A DNA stretch of 64,000 bases from an uncultured delta proteobacterium (lineage in GTDB: Bacteria > Myxococcota > Myxococcia > SLRQ01), in NCBI GenBank assembly GCA_963727485.1, contig CAVSGM010000001.1, forward strand, positions 64,001-128,000. Direction: 5' to 3'. Positions 20,916 to 32,205 of the stretch are shown here, in pieces. Each line of letters opens with the position of its first letter. The stretch's first letter is position 1. The translations under genes and the position numbers were made by a program. The notes under the pieces were generated by a model. It was not told where the DNA came from. It was given only the letters and a program-made list of their open reading frames with translations, and ran no database searches.

Positions 20916-21359
20916 ATGGACAAGCTCGGCGTGCTTGGCAGCTCCCGGCTCTTCGAGATGCTCTCCACCGAGGAGCTGGAGATGCTCGCCCACCTCTGCC
21001 AGCCGAGGACCCTCGGCGCCTCCGAGGTCGTCTTCGAGGCCGGAGATGTCGGGGACGGGCTCTTCCTCCTCGCCGAGGGTGAGGTCGAGGTCATCCGCCG
21101 CGAGGGCGAGGCCGAGAAGATCCTCGCCACCCTCTCGCCCCCGGAGTTCTTCGGGGAGATGTCGGTGATCGACAAGGAGTACCGCTCGGCCACCGTCCGC
21201 GCCCGGGCCCCCTCGACCCTCCTCTACCTCTCGGTGGACAACCTCCTCACCTTCCGCAAGTCCTTCCGGGACGGGTTCACCTTCATCATCATCAACATCG
21301 CCCGGGTGCTCTCCCAGCGGCTGCGGGAGACCAACGGCCGTCTCGCCGCGCGCCTCTGA
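20916..21359 (+). CDS. Stand-alone cyclic nucleotide-binding domain protein
   Basis: VFEAGDVGDGLFLL.EGEVEV, FFGEMSVID..YRSATVRA, RVLSQRLRETN; no HTH. Confidence 0.9.
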   Translation: MDKLGVLGSSRLFEMLSTEELEMLAHLCQPRTLGASEVVFEAGDVGDGLFLLAEGEVEVIRREGEAEKILATLSPPEFFGEMSVIDKEYRSATVRARAPSTLLYLSVDNLLTFRKSFRDGFTFIIINIARVLSQRLRETNGRLAARL

Positions 21360-21444
21360 GCCGAGGTGGTGGCTCAAGGTCCGGCCCACCCCGCCGATTC
21401 GAAGGGTCCGGGCAGCTCCGCCCACTCCCGGGAGAGGCTCCTCC

Positions 21445-24400
21445 ATGGCCCACCGGCGTTCCCCAGCGCAACGACTCCCACTCCTCGCGGTCCTCCTCCT
21501 CGCCGCCGTCCCCGGGAGCGCCCGGGCCGCCGCCGATCGGGCCCTCTCCAACTTCCCCGCGACGGTGGAGGGGAACGTCCGGGCCGCGGCGGCCGTGGCC
21601 GACCTCGACGGCGATGGCCACCCCGACGTGGTCCTCGGCGCCGGCGAGGTGGTCACCGCCTTCTCCCGCGCGGGCCAGGTCCTCCCCGGGTTCCCGGTGG
21701 GCGTGGGGGCCGCCGTCGCCGGGCCGGTGGCGGTGGCCCGGTTCGGGGACGCCGCCTGGATCCTGGCGGTGACCCGGGCCGGCAAGGTCTACCTCCTCCA
21801 TGGGGACGGGACCGCGGTCCCCGGCTTCCCGGTGACCCTGCCCGGAGGCGCCACCGCCGGTGGGGCCCTCCTCGACGTGGACGGAGACGGCCGCCCGGAG
21901 GTGGTGGTCGGGGACGGGAGCGGGCGGCTCCACGCCTTCCGGGTGCCCCGGGCCCCGCCGGGCCGCGCCCGGACGCGGAAGGGGAAGCGGGCCGCACCCC
22001 CCCCGCCGCCCCGCGAGCTCCCGGGGTTCCCGGTGAAGCTCGGCGCCGGTGTCACCTCGGCCCCGGCCCTCGCCGACCTCGGGGGCCCCAAGGGTCCGGC
22101 CTGGGCCCTGGTGGTGGGCTGCGCCGACGGGACGGTCCACGTGATCGGCGCCCGCGGCCGCGAGCGCGCCGGGTTCCCGGTGCACAGCGCCTACCTGGTC
22201 TCGGGCACCCCCGCCGTCGCCGACCTCGACGCCGACGGCACCTACGACCTGGTGTTCACCAGCCAGGACTACCGCCTCTACGCGGTGGACGCCGCCGGCC
22301 ACGCCCTCCCGGGCTTCCCGGTGAAGGCCGGCTACCGGATCTACGGCGGGCCCGCCCTCGCCGACCTCGACGGGGACGGGCACCTGGAGGTGGCCTTCGC
22401 CTACAGCCGATGGGCACCTCTACGTGGTCGACGCCCGCGGCCGGATGCGCCGGGGCTTCCCGGTGGACCTCGGCGCCCGGGTCGAGGGGGGCGTGGTCGC
22501 CGGCGACCTCGACGGCGACGGCCACCCGGACCTGATGGTGGCCACCACCGACGGCCGCCTCCACGCCCTCGATCGCCGGGGTCGGGCGCTCCGGGGCTGG
22601 CGCGCCCGGGTCCGGGGGAAGGTCGTGGCGACCCCGACCCTCGCCGACTTCACCGGGGACGGCTACGTGGCCCTCTTCGTCGGCGACCTCCAGGGCCACC
22701 TCGACGCCTGGCGCACCACCCGAAGGGCCAAGGGCACGCCGTCGCTGCCCTGGCCCACCACCGCCCACGACCCGGCCCGCACCGGCCGCCTCCACCCGAC
22801 CCCCAGCCGGTTCGTGGATCCCAAGGTGGCCCCGGCCCACCCGATCACCACCGACGCGCTGACGGCGACCTGGACCTACGTCGACCTCGACCGGGAGCCT
22901 CCGGGGACCCCCGAGATCCGATGGTTCGAGGACGGCAAGGCGGTGGCCGACCTCGCGGGCCAGCGCACCGTCCCCGCGGCGCGCACCGCCAAGGGCCAGC
23001 GGTGGCGCTTCGAGGTCCGCGAGCCCCGGGACGGGGCCCGGGCCCGGTGGTTCCGGTCGACGCAGACCCTCATCGGCGACGCGGTCCCCAGCCCACCCGG
23101 GGTGACCTTGGCGCCGGCGCGGCCCACCACCGGCGCCGCCCTGAAGGCGGTGATCGCCACCGCGTCCACCGACGCCGACGGCGACCGCCTCGCCTACCAC
23201 TACGCCTGGACCCGGGACGGCCAGGCGGTCAAGCTCCCCCCGAGCGCGGCCACCGTGCCCGCGGGCCGGATCCACAAGGGCCAGGTGTGGCGGGTGACGG
23301 TGCGGGCCTTCGACGGCACCCAGGAGAGCACCCCGGTGGAGGCGGCGACCCGGGTGGTCAACAGCGCCCCCGGGGCGCCCCGGGTGGCCCTGGTCCCCGC
23401 CGCCCCGAGGATCACCGACGCCCTCCGGGTGAAGATCGTCCGCCCCGCCACCGACGTCGACGGCGACGCCCTCCACGACGACTACGCCTGGACCGTCGAC
23501 GGCCACCCCGCCGACCTCGCCACCGACGCCGCCACCTTCCCCGCGGGCCTCGCCCACAAGGGCCAGAAGGTGGCGGTGACCGTGCGCGCCGACGACGGGG
23601 AGGTGGCGGGCGCTGGTGCCACGGCGTCGGTCACCGTCGCCGACACCGCGCCCACCGCGCCCGAGGTGGCCCTGGTCCCGGCGCGCCCGACCACCGGCGA
23701 GACCCTCCGGGTCCGCCTGGTCCATCCGGCGACCGACCCGGACCCGGACCCCCTCCACTACGTCTACGCCTGGCGCGTCGACGGCAAGGCGGCGACCGTG
23801 ACGGGACCCGCGGTGCCCGGCGCCCAGGTCCACGCCCGCCAGACCTGGCAGGTGACGGTGGTGGCCCACGACGACCAGGTCGCCGGGGGCCAGGCGTCGG
23901 CGACGGTGGCGGTCGTGGACTCGCCGCCCACGGCGCCGGCGATCGCCCTCCAGCCCCCCAATCCCCTCCCTGGGGAGGCCCTGGCGGTGAGGGTACGGGT
24001 CCCGGCCCGGGATCCCGACGGCGACCCGGTGACCCTGGGGTACGCCTGGACCGTCGACGGCCATCCCGGTGGGACCGGGGCCACGGTGGACGGCGCGAAG
24101 GTGAAGAAGGGCCAGGTGTGGCGGGTCGAGGTGACCCCCACCGACGGGACCCTCCAGGGCCCGGTGGCCCGGGCGTCGGTGACCGTGGGGGACCGGCCGC
24201 CGCCCGCCCCCTCGGTGAAGCTGACCCCCGCGCGGCCCCTCGGGGGCCAGGCCCTCCACGCCGAGGTCGACGCCGGGGCCGATCCCGACGGCGACCCGGT
24301 GACCGTCTCCCGGCGGTGGTTCCGCGACGGGGCGGCGGTGAAGGCCCTCGACGATGCTTCGGCCGTCCCCGGGTCGCGGGTGAAGCGCGACCAGGTGTGG

Positions 24401-25342
24401 ACGGTGCGGGTCCGCGCCGGCGACGGGACCCTCTGGTCCCGGTGGCGCTCGGCGACGGTGCGCGTCGGGGACCGGCCCCCGACGGCGCCGAAGGTGACGG
24501 TCACCCCGGGGAAGGCGCGCACCACCGACGCCCTGACCTGCAGGGTGGACACCGAGGCGGCGGATCCCGATGGGGACCCGGTGACCACCACCCTGCGGTG
24601 GGAGCGGGGTGGGGCGCCCACGGCCTTCGTCGGCGCCACCCTCCCGGCCTCGGCGACCCGGCGGGGCGACGCCTGGCGCTGCCTGGGGACGGCAAGGGCC
24701 GGGGGCGTCACCGTGGCCGGGACGCCCTCGGCGGCGGTGGCCATCGCCGACGCCCCCCCAGGCGCCCCGAAGGTGGTGATCGAGCCTGCTTCGCCGCGTA
24801 CCGGGACGGCGCTGCGCTGCGCCCTCGCGGCGCCGGCCGCCGACGCCGACGGCGATCCGGTGACCTACACGGTCCGCTGGTGGCAGGACGGCCGCCCGGT
24901 GGCGGGCCTCACCTCCGCCACGGTCCCCGGCGCCCGGGTCCACAAGGGCGATCGCTGGCGTTGCCGCCTCACCCCCAGCGACGGCACCCTGGCCGGCCCC
25001 GGGGGCGAGGCCCGGACCCGGGTCGGCAACACGCCGCCCGGGGCCCCAGGCGCGGTGACCGTGACCCCGGTCCACCCGGCGGCGGGGACCGACCTCAAGT
25101 GCACGGTGACCGCGCCGGCCACCGACGCCGACCGCGATCGCCTCACCTACGGCTACAAGTGGTACCTCGACGGGGCCCTCCAGCCCTTCGCGCCCACCTC
25201 GATCCTGGTCCGGGGGCGTCTGGTGGCGGCGGGGCAGCACTGGCGCTGCGGGGTGGTCGCCGAGGACGGGGCGGCCACCGGGCCCGAGACCCGGAGCGCC
25301 CAGGTCACCGTGAGCGGCTCGAAGGTGGCCGAACGGCCGTGA
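21445..25342 (+). CDS. Secreted FG-GAP beta-propeller + nine Ig-like repeats (apparent +1 frameshift at ~22400-22410)
   Basis: Signal peptide; repeated ADLDGDG and GFPV blades on both sides of the frame change; nine ~92-aa units P.AP.V.L.P..P..G..L...D.DGD...Y.W..DG...KGQ.W.V.V...DG. Confidence 0.82.
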
Positions 25343-25383
25343 TCCCGGTCACGCAAGTGTCGGGAATCCTTGTTCCCCCCAGG

Positions 25384-25412
25384 TTGACCCCCCCTATGCG
25401 CACTTCTATACT
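25384..25412 (+). promoter_or_regulatory. Strong sigma70-type promoter
   Basis: TTGACC (25384-25389), 17 nt, TATACT (25407-25412). Confidence 0.7.
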
Positions 25413-25466
25413 CCCGAGATGCTGTCGGCCCCGGCTTGGCCCGGGTGCCGGTTCCTGGAGGGGACC

Positions 25467-26066
25467 GTGACCACTCGCATCATCGGCATCGTCCTCGGGA
25501 CGTTCCTGCTCGCCGGACCCCGCTTCGCGGCGGCCCAGGGCACCGGGGGCGCGTCCACCTCCAACCCGGCGCCCCAGGGGTCCATCGCCAACCCCTCCAC
25601 CCAGTCCCGGGACGAGGCCAAGCAGCTGACTCCCCGGCAGATGGTGGACCGGGCCGAGCACTACATCGACGGGATGCGCCAGCGCCTCAAGGAGGTCCTC
25701 AAGATCCTGGCCAGCGCCCGGCAGGAGAAGGACGTGGTCAAGCTCAACTGCGTCAACGAGAAGGTGACGCAGGTCAAGGGCCTGGTGCGGGTGAGCGAGC
25801 AGTCCTCGATCAACCTCCAGGAGGACGTCGCCAAGCAGGAGATGGACGACGCCCGCCACGAGTACCTGAAGATCGCCATCGCCCGGGAGAAGGTGCAGCA
25901 GCTCCGGGCGGAGGCCGAGCAGTGCATCGGCCAGCTCGCCTTCGTGGTCGACCAGAACACGGTGGTGAAGGTCACGGTGCCCGAGAACCTGCCCCAGGAG
26001 GAGCCGCAGGTTCCCCACGTGCCCCCGGTCGTGGTACGTCCGCCGCCGGCGAGCCCGGTGCAGTGA
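25467..26066 (+). CDS. Exported helical protein with two Cys
   Basis: GTG start after GGAGGGG; signal peptide; KDVVKLNCVNEK...AEAEQCIG; Pro-rich end RPPPASPVQ. Confidence 0.72.
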   Translation: MTTRIIGIVLGTFLLAGPRFAAAQGTGGASTSNPAPQGSIANPSTQSRDEAKQLTPRQMVDRAEHYIDGMRQRLKEVLKILASARQEKDVVKLNCVNEKVTQVKGLVRVSEQSSINLQEDVAKQEMDDARHEYLKIAIAREKVQQLRAEAEQCIGQLAFVVDQNTVVKVTVPENLPQEEPQVPHVPPVVVRPPPASPVQ

Positions 26067-26230
26067 CCCGTGGCCGGCCCGCCCGGAGGCGGGTCGCTGG
26101 GGACGGACGGCCGACCTCGCTGGAGGCCGTCTCTGGAAGTTGCCTTGACGACAGGGTGAATCGGAGCGAGGGATAGGCCTGAGCGTGGCGCCCGGTCGGG
26201 GGCTGGCAGGCGACGACAACTGGAGGGGAT

Positions 26231-27482
26231 TTGGCCCGGCGTCGGTACAGGCGGTGGAGTGGGATTGGGGTGGCAGCGGCGCTGCTGGTCGCCACCCTTC
26301 CGTTCCCGGCCCGGGCCGGCTCCGGGGACCAGACCAACGGGGTCAAGGTCGGCGCCGGGCGGCTCCATCCGTCCTTCGGCTTCGAGGGGCGCTACGACAG
26401 CCTGGCGGTCGTCAGCAGCACCGGATTCTTCTGGCGACCTCATCCTCCACTTCAAGCCGGGCCTCGACTACGGCCTGTCCTCGGACAGCCTCACCGTCGA
26501 CCTCACCGCCCTCGGCGACTACAACCTCTACACGGGGATCGAGGCCGCCGGGACCCGCAGCCTCTCGTACTTCGGCGGCGACGCGGCCCTGGACGTGGGC
26601 ATCAACCCCAAGGGCCAGGTGGGCTTCGACGTGGGCGACCACTTCGCCTACACCGACCGGGTCACCGCCATCGAGCTCGGGGCCGGGGTCCGGGCCCTCG
26701 ACAACACCGCCAACGTCGCCCTCCCCATCCGCCCGGGCGGCGGGGCGCTCGAGATCAAGCCCGGGTACAGCTTCGCCTTCGAGCGCTTCATCTCCTTCCT
26801 CATCCCCCCCACGGGCGTCACCAGCCCGGACCAGCTCGACTACATCAGCCACCAGCCGAGCCTCCAGGCGAAGTGGAAGTTCCTCCCCAAGACCGCCGTG
26901 GTCCTCGACGTCCACGCCGACCTGCGCCAGTACGCGGTGCCGTCCCTCAACCCGGGGACCAACGCCTTCTACAGCCAGGCCGGCCTCTCGGGGCTCATCA
27001 CCCCCAAGCTCGCCCTGGTGATCACCGGCGGCTACGGGAACAGCTTCATCGACGCCACCAGCGGCCTGGCCAACTACTCGAGCTTCATCGGCCAGGCCGA
27101 GGTGAGCTACCTCCCCTCCCAGACCGGGAGCTTCAAGGTCGGGGTCGCCCGGACCTTCCAGCCGGTGCCCCAGCTCGGGTGGTACGGCGACAACCGCATC
27201 TACCTCGGCGGCCGGTTCCTCCTCGGGGGCCGGGTGATCATCGAGTTCAAGGGCGGCGGCGATTTCGTCACCTACCCCACCGGGCGGTCGGACTTCGTCC
27301 TCACCACCGACGAGGCGGTGACCTTCCAGGTGACCCGCTGGTTCGACATCGCGGTGGGCCACGAGCTCACCTACCGGGCCACGTCCGGGAGCACCGGGGG
27401 CGGCGGCGCCGGCACCGCCTACGACTACACCCGAAACCAGGTCTTCGGTCGGCTCACGGTGAAGTACTGGCCGCCCCGGTGA
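26231..27482 (+). CDS. Outer-membrane beta-barrel, Wzp-like partner of the OPX protein (apparent +1 frameshift at ~26421-26433)
   Basis: Signal peptide; [11 protein letters not shown]......RYDS joins [11 protein letters not shown] in the next frame; alternating hydrophobic strands; terminal [17 protein letters not shown]; directly upstream of the OPX gene. Confidence 0.75.
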
Positions 27483-27532
27483 GCGCCGTCCCGGCGCACC
27501 GGGGCCCGCGCGACCCGCGGGGGATCCGGGCG

Positions 27533-27562
27533 TTGGCCGGGGCCCGAGGCCTCTGGTAGCCT
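27533..27562 (+). promoter_or_regulatory. Putative leaderless promoter of the OPX gene
   Basis: TTGGCC, 18 nt, TG-extended TAGCCT; ATG 7 nt downstream. Confidence 0.45.
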
Positions 27563-27569
27563 GCCGCCG

Positions 27570-28262
27570 ATGACCTCGACCGCCCGCATCGTCCTCCTCG
27601 CCGGGATCCTCGGCCTCATGCCCACCGGGCACGGGGTCCTGGGGCTGGCGAGCTGTGGCCTCGCCAACAGCCCCCGGGCCCACCGGGACCGGGTCGATCC
27701 CGGGGACGCCGGCGCCGGCGCCCAGGTCCCCGACCTCGGCGCCCCGGCGGACTCCGAGGCGGCGATCCCCCGGGCCACCACCCTGGGGGCCGGCGACGTC
27801 TTCGAGGTCCGGGTCTTCGAGGAGGCCGGCCTCTCGGGGGTGTTCCGGGTCGACGCCGACGGCTCCATCGACTACCCCCTCTGCGGGGCGGTGAAGGTCG
27901 CGGGGCTCGACGCCTCGGGGGCCGCCGCGGCGATCACCCGGTGCCTCAGGGACGGCTACCTCAAGAGTCCCCAGGTCTCGGTCTTCATCAAGGAGTACAA
28001 CTCCAAGAAGATCTTCGTCTTCGGCGACGTGCAGAAGCCCGGCACCTTCACCTACCGGGACGGGATGTCCATCGTCGAGGCCATCACCCGCGCCGGCGGC
28101 TTCACCAAGACCGCCGCCAAGAACGCGGTGATCATCAGCCGGGTCATCGACGGCCGGGAGCAGCGCCTCAAGGTGCCGGTCGAGGACATCGGGGTGGGCC
28201 GGGCGTCGAACTTCGTCCTCAAGCCCGGTGACATCGTCTTCGTCCCCGAGTCGTTCTTCTAG
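27570..28262 (+). CDS. Short polysaccharide export (OPX/Wza-family) protein lacking the OM-spanning helix
   Basis: [12 protein letters not shown]...[34 protein letters not shown] (SLBB); ends [14 protein letters not shown]. Confidence 0.92.
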   Translation: MTSTARIVLLAGILGLMPTGHGVLGLASCGLANSPRAHRDRVDPGDAGAGAQVPDLGAPADSEAAIPRATTLGAGDVFEVRVFEEAGLSGVFRVDADGSIDYPLCGAVKVAGLDASGAAAAITRCLRDGYLKSPQVSVFIKEYNSKKIFVFGDVQKPGTFTYRDGMSIVEAITRAGGFTKTAAKNAVIISRVIDGREQRLKVPVEDIGVGRASNFVLKPGDIVFVPESFF

Positions 28263-29149
28263 AGCCCGGTCGCCGGACGGGTGGCGGCCGCGGCGGCGAG
28301 GAGCAGACGGTCGGGGTCGTAGCCCACGGGGGCGGCGCCGGCCATCCCCGCGGCCACCGCGCCCACCGCCCGGGCGAGACGCGGGAGCGGCGGCGGCCCC
28401 CGGGTCACCACCGCCAGCCGCCGGGTGCCGTGGCGGTAACCCCGGGCGCCGGGGGGCAGGGCGTTCTCCAGGCGGCGCGCCAGGCCCCGGCTCACCCGGA
28501 GCACGTCGAGGAGGGCCAGGTGGAGGGCGCCGCCGTCCCGCTCGGCGACGGCGCAGGCGCGGCGGAGATCGCGGTTCAGGGCGCCCCCGTGGCGCAGGCG
28601 GGTGTCCGGGTCCCGGCCGCCCTGCCACAGGCCCAGGTGGAGACGGGCCCGCTCGAAGGCCAGGCGGGAGCGGGTGCGGAGGAAGAGGCGGAGCACCGTC
28701 TCGCCGAGCTCCAGGGTGCTCCCGTCCCGGGCGACGCCGTGGGCCAGGCGCCGGCCGTCGAGCCAGGTGCCGTTGGTGCTCCCGAAGTCCTGGACCTCGA
28801 CCCGGCCGGCGACGACCGAGAGGCCGCAGTGGACCGCGGAGACCGCCGGGTCGTCGAGGACCAGGGCGAGGCCCGGGCCCCGGCCCACGGTGAGCAGCCG
28901 GGTGCCCACCGGGAGGCAGAGGCCGAGGGGCCCGCCGCACTCCACCAGGACCACCGGCGACGTGGCCGGCGCCGGCTCCCGGACCAGGCGCCGGGTGTCC
29001 CGGGGTGCGGGCGTCGGGCGGGGCTCCGGCACCGGGGGGGCGCCGGGGACCAGTGCCGGAAGCCGGGAGGGTGGGCGCCGGAGCGGACGGGGCAAGGCCG
29101 CCGGGGCGCGGTCGCGCCGGGCGGGGAAGGGCAGGGACTGGGGCTCCAT
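28259..29149 (-). CDS. FHA-domain protein with a degenerate GGDEF-like C-terminus
   Basis: [26 protein letters not shown] motifs; then DPDTRL...LNRDLRRA...[14 protein letters not shown] without a GGDEF motif. Confidence 0.72.
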   Translation of the reverse strand: MEPQSLPFPARRDRAPAALPRPLRRPPSRLPALVPGAPPVPEPRPTPAPRDTRRLVREPAPATSPVVLVECGGPLGLCLPVGTRLLTVGRGPGLALVLDDPAVSAVHCGLSVVAGRVEVQDFGSTNGTWLDGRRLAHGVARDGSTLELGETVLRLFLRTRSRLAFERARLHLGLWQGGRDPDTRLRHGGALNRDLRRACAVAERDGGALHLALLDVLRVSRGLARRLENALPPGARGYRHGTRRLAVVTRGPPPLPRLARAVGAVAAGMAGAAPVGYDPDRLLLAAAAATRPATGL

Positions 29150-29227
29150 GGGATCTCCGCGCCGGGGGGGCGGGACGTCCAGGGCTCCGCGGCGCCCCCG
29201 ACCGCGCCGCGGAGCCCCACCCCGGAC

Positions 29228-30404
<1,177 letters not shown>

Positions 30405-32005
30405 CCGCGTGATCTCCTCGCCGGCCTGGCCGGCTGCTGGGGGTGAAGGGGTCGCCGGCCCGGAGCGCGCGCTCCATCTCCCGGTAGGTCAGGCGCCTCG
30501 AGGAGGTCCTCGAGGGCGATCTCCCGGCGGCCGGCGAGGTCGGCGGCGGTGCGCGCCACCCGGAGCACCCGGTCGACGCCCCGGGCCGAGAGGCCCAGGT
30601 GCCTGCGCCCCGGCGTGGAGGCGCGCCCGCAGCGCCCGGGAGAGGCGGCCGTGGCGGCGCAGCTGTGCCGGGCCCATCCAGGCGTTGAGCGGCGGGCCGG
30701 GGCGGCCGGCGAAGCGCCGGCGCTGGATGGCCCGGGCGGCGATCGACCTGGGCCCGGGCCTCGGCGGTGGTGGGTCCCGAGAGGCGGGCCGTCGAGGGCC
30801 TCGAGGGGCACCGGGTCCACGCCCACCTGGAGGTCGATGCGGTCGACCAGGGGCCCGGAGAGCCGCCCCAGGTAGCGCTGGGCCAGGTGCTCGGGGCAGG
30901 TGCAGGGCCGCGGGGCGTCGACCCAGCGGTAGCCGCAGGGGCAGGGGTTCATCGCCGCCACCAGCTGGGCCCGGGCCGGCAGGCGCACCCGGAGGTCGGC
31001 CCGGGAGATGCTCACCTCCCCGCGCTCGAGCGGCTGGCGGAGGGCGTCGAGGGTGGGGCGGGGGATCTCCGCGGCCTCGTCGAGGAAGAGGACGCCGTGG
31101 TGGGCCAGGGACAGCTCCCCCACCCGGACCACCGAGGCCCCGCCGCCCACCAGCGCCGCCTGGCTCGCGGTGTGGTGGGGCGCCCGGAAGGGCCGGCGCC
31201 GGACCCGCGCCGTCTCCCCGAGGAGCCCGGCCGCCGAGTAGATCGCGGTGACCTCCAGGGCCTCGTCGGGGGTGAGCGGGGGCAAAAGGCCCGGGAGGCG
31301 CCGGGCGAGCATGGTCTTCCCGGTGCCCGGGGGCCCGAGGAGGAGCAGGTGGTGGCCCCCGGCGGCGGCGAGGACCAGGGCCCGCCGGGCGAGGGCCTGG
31401 CCCCTCACGTCGGCGAGGTCGAGGCCGCCGTCCACCGCCTCGTCCTCCGACGGGGGTGGGGCCGAGGGCGCCAGGGGCGCGGCCCCGGTGAGGTGGGCGA
31501 TGACCGTCGCCCAGGCCCTCGGCGCCGAAGACCTCGAGCCCCTCGATGCACGCCGCCTCCCGGGCGTTGGCCACGGGGACCACCAGGCCCCGGAGCCCCT
31601 CGGCCCGGGCGAGGCGGGCCAGGGCGAGGGCCCCGCGGATGGGCCGGAGCGACCCGTCGAGGGCGAGCTCCCCGGCGAAGGCGAGGCCCCGGACCGAGCG
31701 CTCGGGGACCGTCCCGGCGGCGGCCAGCAGGCCCACGGCGATGGGCAGGTCGTAGGCGGCGCCGGTCTTCCGCCGCCCCGAGGGCGCCAGCGAGATGGTC
31801 ACCCGCTTGGAGGGCATCTCCAGGCCCAGGGCCTTGAGGGCGTTCTCCACCCGCATCCGCGCCTCGCGGACCGCGCCGTCGGGGAGCCCGATGATGAACA
31901 CGTTGGGCAGCCCGCGGACGAGGCTGACCTCGACGTCGACGCGGTAGGCTTCGACCCCGAGGAGGGCACCGGTGGCGATGGAGGCGACCATGGGGCCGGC
32001 CGAAG

Positions 32006-32021
32006 AGCAGGGGCCATGCCA
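32006..32021 (-). promoter_or_regulatory. Putative sigma54 (-24/-12) promoter upstream of comM
   Basis: Minus strand TGGCATGGCCCCTGCT: GG-N10-GC, close to TGGCACGNNNNTTGCW; about 15 nt upstream of the comM ATG. Confidence 0.45.
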
Positions 32022-32205
32022 GGGCTGCCAAGGGCCCCGGCCGCGCGCCCGGAGGGGACCCGGGAGGTGCCTCTGGGCCCCGGCCGCCGCGGTCCAGGGC
32101 CACGCCGCGCCGAGCGCCCCCGGGGCCGCCCTCCCCGCCGCCGGGCCCGCCGGGCCGTCCGCCCCCCGGACCTGTCGTCCGCCAGCGCGACCGGGGCGGC
32201 CGCGT

